From an uncultured archaeon (lineage in GTDB: Archaea; Asgardarchaeota; Lokiarchaeia; Sigyniarchaeales; SOKP01): DNA of 64,000 bases. This document shows, piece by piece, positions 60,146 through 64,000 of this stretch (within the stretch, counting starts at the first letter, position 1; the number at the start of each line of letters is the position of its first letter). The notes under the pieces are model-generated. The model was not told where the DNA came from. It saw nothing but the letters and a program-made list of their open reading frames with translations, and made no database searches. The stretch spans positions 133,595 to 197,594 of the forward strand of contig CAZOYD010000001.1 in assembly GCA_964583985.1 (NCBI GenBank), read 5' to 3'. Made by a program: the position numbers and the translations under genes.

Positions 60146-60679
60146 TCATTCCTGATAGAAAAGTCTATTTATTAATATATTAAAAGCCTCTTTTACATTA
60201 TAACCCGTTTTTGATGATATTTTTAAGTAATCAATGTGTAAATGATTCTCTTCTATAATTTTTTTGAGGTAATTATCACTTATTATTATCATATCAGTAT
60301 CTACAATGTCATATTTTGTTCCTAAGATTAATTTTGGCATGTTTTTAAATTCATTTAATCTTTCTAACCATTCTTCAACATTCTCAAGACTTGAAATACG
60401 TGTTAAATCAAATAAAATAAATACCGCGATTGATCCATCTACAAAATCTTCAAGTAATCTCCTAAATTGTCTTTGTCCTGCAAAATCCCACATCACGAAA
60501 TTAATATCAATGCCATTAACTCTTATATTTTTGGAAAAAAAATCGACACCTCTTGTAAGTTCGCTTTTCATATCGAAATTATCATGTACCAATCGATTTA
60601 AGAATGAAGTTTTTCCAACTCCCCCTCCTCCCGTTACGATTACTTTCACATTCTTTCTTATTTGAGGTGATTCATTCAT
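60146..60679 (-). CDS. Stand-alone Rab-like small GTPase
   Basis: GGGGVGKT, TRGVDF, WDFAGQ, TKYD and SSK. Confidence 0.88.
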   Translation of the reverse strand: MNESPQIRKNVKVIVTGGGGVGKTSFLNRLVHDNFDMKSELTRGVDFFSKNIRVNGIDINFVMWDFAGQRQFRRLLEDFVDGSIAVFILFDLTRISSLENVEEWLERLNEFKNMPKLILGTKYDIVDTDMIIISDNYLKKIIEENHLHIDYLKISSKTGYNVKEAFNILINRLFYQE

Positions 60680-60897
60680 ATCTAATTTTATCTAATTTAT
60701 GATTTAAAATCTTATAATCAATTTTGATTTCTGTAATGTCAGAACAAAATAAAAATTTATCATTTTCAATTTTAATTGAAATATAAAATCAAGTTGGTGA
60801 AAGAACGAGATTAAAAATTATTTATTTGATTATAATTGAAAAATCTATAGTTCATAACTAAATTTAAACCAAAAAATATTTTTTAAGATTTAACAAA

Positions 60898-61341
60898 TTA
60901 GGCTTTTTTAATTTTACTAAATGATTTCTTGTAATCTTTAGGGTTTCCGCCAGAGCTGATAAAATCCATATATACTTTCAGGCTTTTTAAAAACAAGTCT
61001 CCAGCCATATCAAGAACAAATCGTTGATCTTCTAATTCAAATTCAGTCCAGAGAGTTACAATTACTTTATCTCCTTTTTGAGAGAAAACATATCCGATTT
61101 TTTGCATTGGGCTCCCTTCTTGTGTCGAAGTCATTCTTTCTCTGGGGATATTTTCAATTTCAGTATTAATAACGTCTCCTACATTGGTTTTTAAGAAGTA
61201 TTTTTTCGGGTCAATTTGTTTGCATTCGGTTACAACAATATTCCACACAGGAAGACTTAAATAATCATTAAGAACCTCATACACTTTTTGTAAGGATGCG
61301 TTAATTTCAATACTTTTTTCTAATTTGGGCATAATTATCAA
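60898..61341 (-). CDS. START/SRPBCC-fold protein
   Basis: SIEINAS..KVYEVL..LPVW and C-terminal LKSLK helix. Confidence 0.8.
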   Translation of the reverse strand: MIIMPKLEKSIEINASLQKVYEVLNDYLSLPVWNIVVTECKQIDPKKYFLKTNVGDVINTEIENIPRERMTSTQEGSPMQKIGYVFSQKGDKVIVTLWTEFELEDQRFVLDMAGDLFLKSLKVYMDFISSGGNPKDYKKSFSKIKKA

Positions 61342-61532
61342 TAAATTGATATAACTTTTAAAAATATTCCTATTAACGTTTTAGAGTCAGAAAAGTAAGA
61401 TTAATTTTTAAATGCAAAATCTGATTATCAAAGAAAAATCTACTATAATAATTTTCGAGGGTTTTTTATAGAGGATTTATTATAATAACGTGAAAAAACA
61501 TATTAATATCTATTATTAGAGGAACTCAAAAA

Positions 61533-62360
61533 ATGGATACAAAAAAGATAAGGTATAAATGGTATTTAATTGGAAGTGTAATTGTTATTGGATCGATTTT
61601 TACGTTTTTATATTTGATCTTCTGGTCTACTATAATTTACTCATTGACGCAATTACCTAATACTATGCTATCAATTATTGCTAGCCTTATTAGAATCGTT
61701 GTATTAGGAATAATGAGTTTATTATTATTCATCAAATGGTTCAAACAAGAAGCGATCTACACTTCGGATGCATATTTCTTGTTTGGGTTGTTTTTTATGA
61801 TATTAACATATGGGAAAATATTAGATTTGCTTTATAACTTACTTTTAGTAAGTGATCTTCTTGATGACACTTTTTTATTAGTATTTCTTAAAATAAGATT
61901 TTTCCTTATCATCTTAAACTTGTTACCAGTATTGTATATTGGACTTCAAGCAATTATGGCTATTGCTAGGGCTTATATTAAGGAGATGAGTGAATCCCGA
62001 TTTAATAATATAAGATCATGGATTCTTTTCATTTTTGCCACAGTTTTCTCCATAATTATACTATTTGCGACAAGTATTTCATATCTAATTACAGTACTTC
62101 CTTTCTTCACTATCATAATATATATCCTTCTCGGAATTATGTTTTTATTCATGTATAAGAATAAACATCTTTCTCAAGCAAATGGGTTAATAATTGGAAT
62201 AGCTTTTTTTGCATTTATTATAAGTAATATTTTCAGGTCAATCATGTCAGTTTATGCATTGGATAATCCTTCAATCTTCTTCATAATTGAAGGTGTTGAT
62301 ATTTTTGTTAATTTCTTGATGTTTATAGGATTCATTAGAAAACCTAAATATGCTATTTAA
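61533..62360 (+). CDS. Polytopic membrane protein (about 8 TM; 7TM sensor-like core)
   Basis: Eight hydrophobic stretches with intramembrane polar residues (GKILD, KIR, SNIFR, EGVD). Confidence 0.7.
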   Translation: MDTKKIRYKWYLIGSVIVIGSIFTFLYLIFWSTIIYSLTQLPNTMLSIIASLIRIVVLGIMSLLLFIKWFKQEAIYTSDAYFLFGLFFMILTYGKILDLLYNLLLVSDLLDDTFLLVFLKIRFFLIILNLLPVLYIGLQAIMAIARAYIKEMSESRFNNIRSWILFIFATVFSIIILFATSISYLITVLPFFTIIIYILLGIMFLFMYKNKHLSQANGLIIGIAFFAFIISNIFRSIMSVYALDNPSIFFIIEGVDIFVNFLMFIGFIRKPKYAI

Positions 62361-62381
62361 ATTTAAAAGGAGCTAAATAAT

Positions 62382-63092
62382 ATGCATATACAGAATTGGA
62401 GGCAAAAATCTTTCCTTTTTATCATTATTGGAATTACGCAATACTTTATTTTTACTTTAGTTGCCATGGTTTTCTACGCAGGAGGGACTTTAACAGATCC
62501 TTCGAGTACAGGATATGATTTCTGGAGCAATTTATTTAGTGATTTGGGACGTATTACTGCCCTTTCAGGGCGATCTAATAGTATTGCTTTTATTATTTTC
62601 ACAATTTCAGCATTGATCTTTTCGATATCTTTCATACCATTCACGCTCGCATTGCCAGACTTTTTCAAGGGAGAAAAAAAACAATTCAATATTATTATAA
62701 TTGCTACCGGAGTGGGATTAATATCAATTAGTTCTCTTATGGGTACAATTCTCACGCCTTGGGATGTTTTTGGGGAATTGCATTTACTTTTTGCTAATTT
62801 ATTTAATATTATGGGGAGTTTGGTATTATTATTATACGCTATAGCAATTTTATATAACAAAAGTTATCCTAACATCTACGCAATTGTTTATATCATCCTT
62901 TTAACATTCGGGATAATTTATTCATTTATTTTGATGGGAATCCCTAAATCAATTTCTTCAGAAACGCTTACTTTTCAAGCTACATTGCAAAAAATCTCTC
63001 AGTATTCTTTCTTGATATGTTTTATGATCCAAGGTTTTGGAGCTTGGAAGATAGAAAATATCAAATTAAAGAGGGAAGTATCAATAGATTAA
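62382..63092 (+). CDS. DUF998/Frag1-DRAM-like membrane protein
   Basis: YAGG...GYDFWSNLFSDLG, conserved-looking His (ELHL) and LQK; about 6 TM. Confidence 0.7.
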   Translation: MHIQNWRQKSFLFIIIGITQYFIFTLVAMVFYAGGTLTDPSSTGYDFWSNLFSDLGRITALSGRSNSIAFIIFTISALIFSISFIPFTLALPDFFKGEKKQFNIIIIATGVGLISISSLMGTILTPWDVFGELHLLFANLFNIMGSLVLLLYAIAILYNKSYPNIYAIVYIILLTFGIIYSFILMGIPKSISSETLTFQATLQKISQYSFLICFMIQGFGAWKIENIKLKREVSID

Positions 63093-63129
63093 TATTTGAA
63101 GTTTATTAATCATTGAATTTATAACTATA

Positions 63130-63306
63130 ATGAAATCTCAAATGATGAGTAGAATAAAAATAAATAAGGCAGAGGAAGATTTTCGACATACCGATTTTCT
63201 TCAAACCTTAAATTTAGACTTTAAAGAGAGAGAATTTCTCAAATTATTTGTTAAAATAGAAGATAATAGAGAAATAAACAAACAACATTATGTTATTAAA
63301 ATGTAA
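63130..63306 (+). CDS. Possible 58-aa hypothetical protein
   Basis: Open ATG..TAA frame (MKSQMMSRIKINKAEEDF...) 37 nt after the previous stop; no motif. Confidence 0.3.
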   Translation: MKSQMMSRIKINKAEEDFRHTDFLQTLNLDFKEREFLKLFVKIEDNREINKQHYVIKM

Positions 63307-63509
63307 CCATTAACTTTTTTTCTAATTTTCAAATCTTTCTGCAAATTTTCTTTTAAAAAAAGTAAAATGGTCAATCTAATAAAAAATGATTCTTGAAAAG
63401 AATCGTTCTTTTTTTATCGCTTCCGGTAATAAAAATAATAGAATTAATTCGAAATTAATTCTAAAATCGATTTCATGTTCAATTTATAATTAAATGAGAT
63501 ACTAGACAA

Positions 63510-63531
63510 GAGAAAGAAAAAAGGAAATAAA
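63510..63531 (-). terminator. U-rich terminator-like tract after the peptide mRNA hairpin
   Basis: Minus strand reads TTTATTTCCTTTTTTCTTTCTC directly after the fold-back stem. Confidence 0.45.
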
Positions 63532-63585
63532 TTTCTTGCACTTCAACTTGGATGCTTTCCTATTGCTCCAGAAAGGAAGGCCCTT

Positions 63586-63696
63586 TTAAGGCATTCCGCC
63601 TCCAGGAGGAAACCAATGTGCGTGGACTCCAGAGAGCATCGAGAGTCCAAATGCAAGAATTCCTAAAATTGATAATATTGCGACTACTTTTTTCAT
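63586..63696 (-). CDS. 36-aa secreted peptide precursor (not in the ORF track)
   Basis: Translated by hand: MKKVVAILSILGILAFGLSMLSGVHA-HWFPPGGGMP*. AAGGTGA SD lies 5 nt upstream; the ORF is GC-rich relative to its flanks; a T-tract lies downstream. Confidence 0.8.
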   Translation of the reverse strand: MKKVVAILSILGILAFGLSMLSGVHAHWFPPGGGMP

Positions 63697-64000
63697 TTTT
63701 TTCACCTTAAAACGTGGTCAGAGCGAAATTTATTTATCTTTATATCCAGTACCATCGCAATTTATGATTAAATAGAATGTATTTAAACACATACAAAAAA
63801 ATTTATATGAATAATTTTTTCATTTTTAATTAAAGCTTTTTAAAAATCAGTAGATCCCATAGGAACAAACTCCCCCTCAAATCTAAATATTTAATTTTCT
63901 CCGTTTATGTAATTTTATTGTTTTTAAAAACTCAATCTCAACACACTGAGCCTGAATCTCGAGCTCCTCTTTCGTTTGCCACACGCTCGCGCTGTTGAGA

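Noticed and set aside
63531-63660. 5S rRNA, SRP RNA, RNase P RNA or riboswitch
   Set aside because: Lacks their conserved motifs; better explained by a small ORF with SD plus a fold-back 3' UTR
1-64000. CRISPR arrays, rRNA genes, IS elements and the many short antisense ORFs in the track
   Set aside because: No regularly spaced repeats, rRNA motifs or transposases were seen; the short ORFs lie opposite or within well-supported genes

Overview
Very AT-rich archaeal chromosome segment, most likely from an Asgard archaeon (Lokiarchaeia-like). The assignment rests on PolD (DP1/DP2), Orc1/Cdc6, single-chain RpoB, Elf1, TFE-alpha, PAN and CarS together with several Ras-superfamily GTPases and Roadblock/longin domains. 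Most of the window is housekeeping: replication, transcription, tRNA splicing (RtcB plus archease), CoA/thiamine metabolism and a class III RNR. Three tRNAs (Leu-GAG, Thr-CGT, Lys-TTT) all carry introns at non-canonical positions. The most interesting signals are: (1) an 8-gene operon at 1491-10376 combining a MAGE/Nse-like KITE protein, an ATPase-dead SMC/Rad50-like protein, an AAA ATPase and a tandem Zn-ribbon/PC4-like protein; (2) a candidate actin/membrane module made of a BAR-like protein, a polyproline-WH2/FAB-like protein and a 50-aa WH2 microprotein missing from the ORF track; (3) an unannotated 36-aa signal-peptide precursor predicted to release the decapeptide HWFPPGGGMP, whose mRNA folds back on itself and which lies next to a 7/8-TM receptor-like gene. 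All family assignments come from motif recognition by eye; no database search was run.
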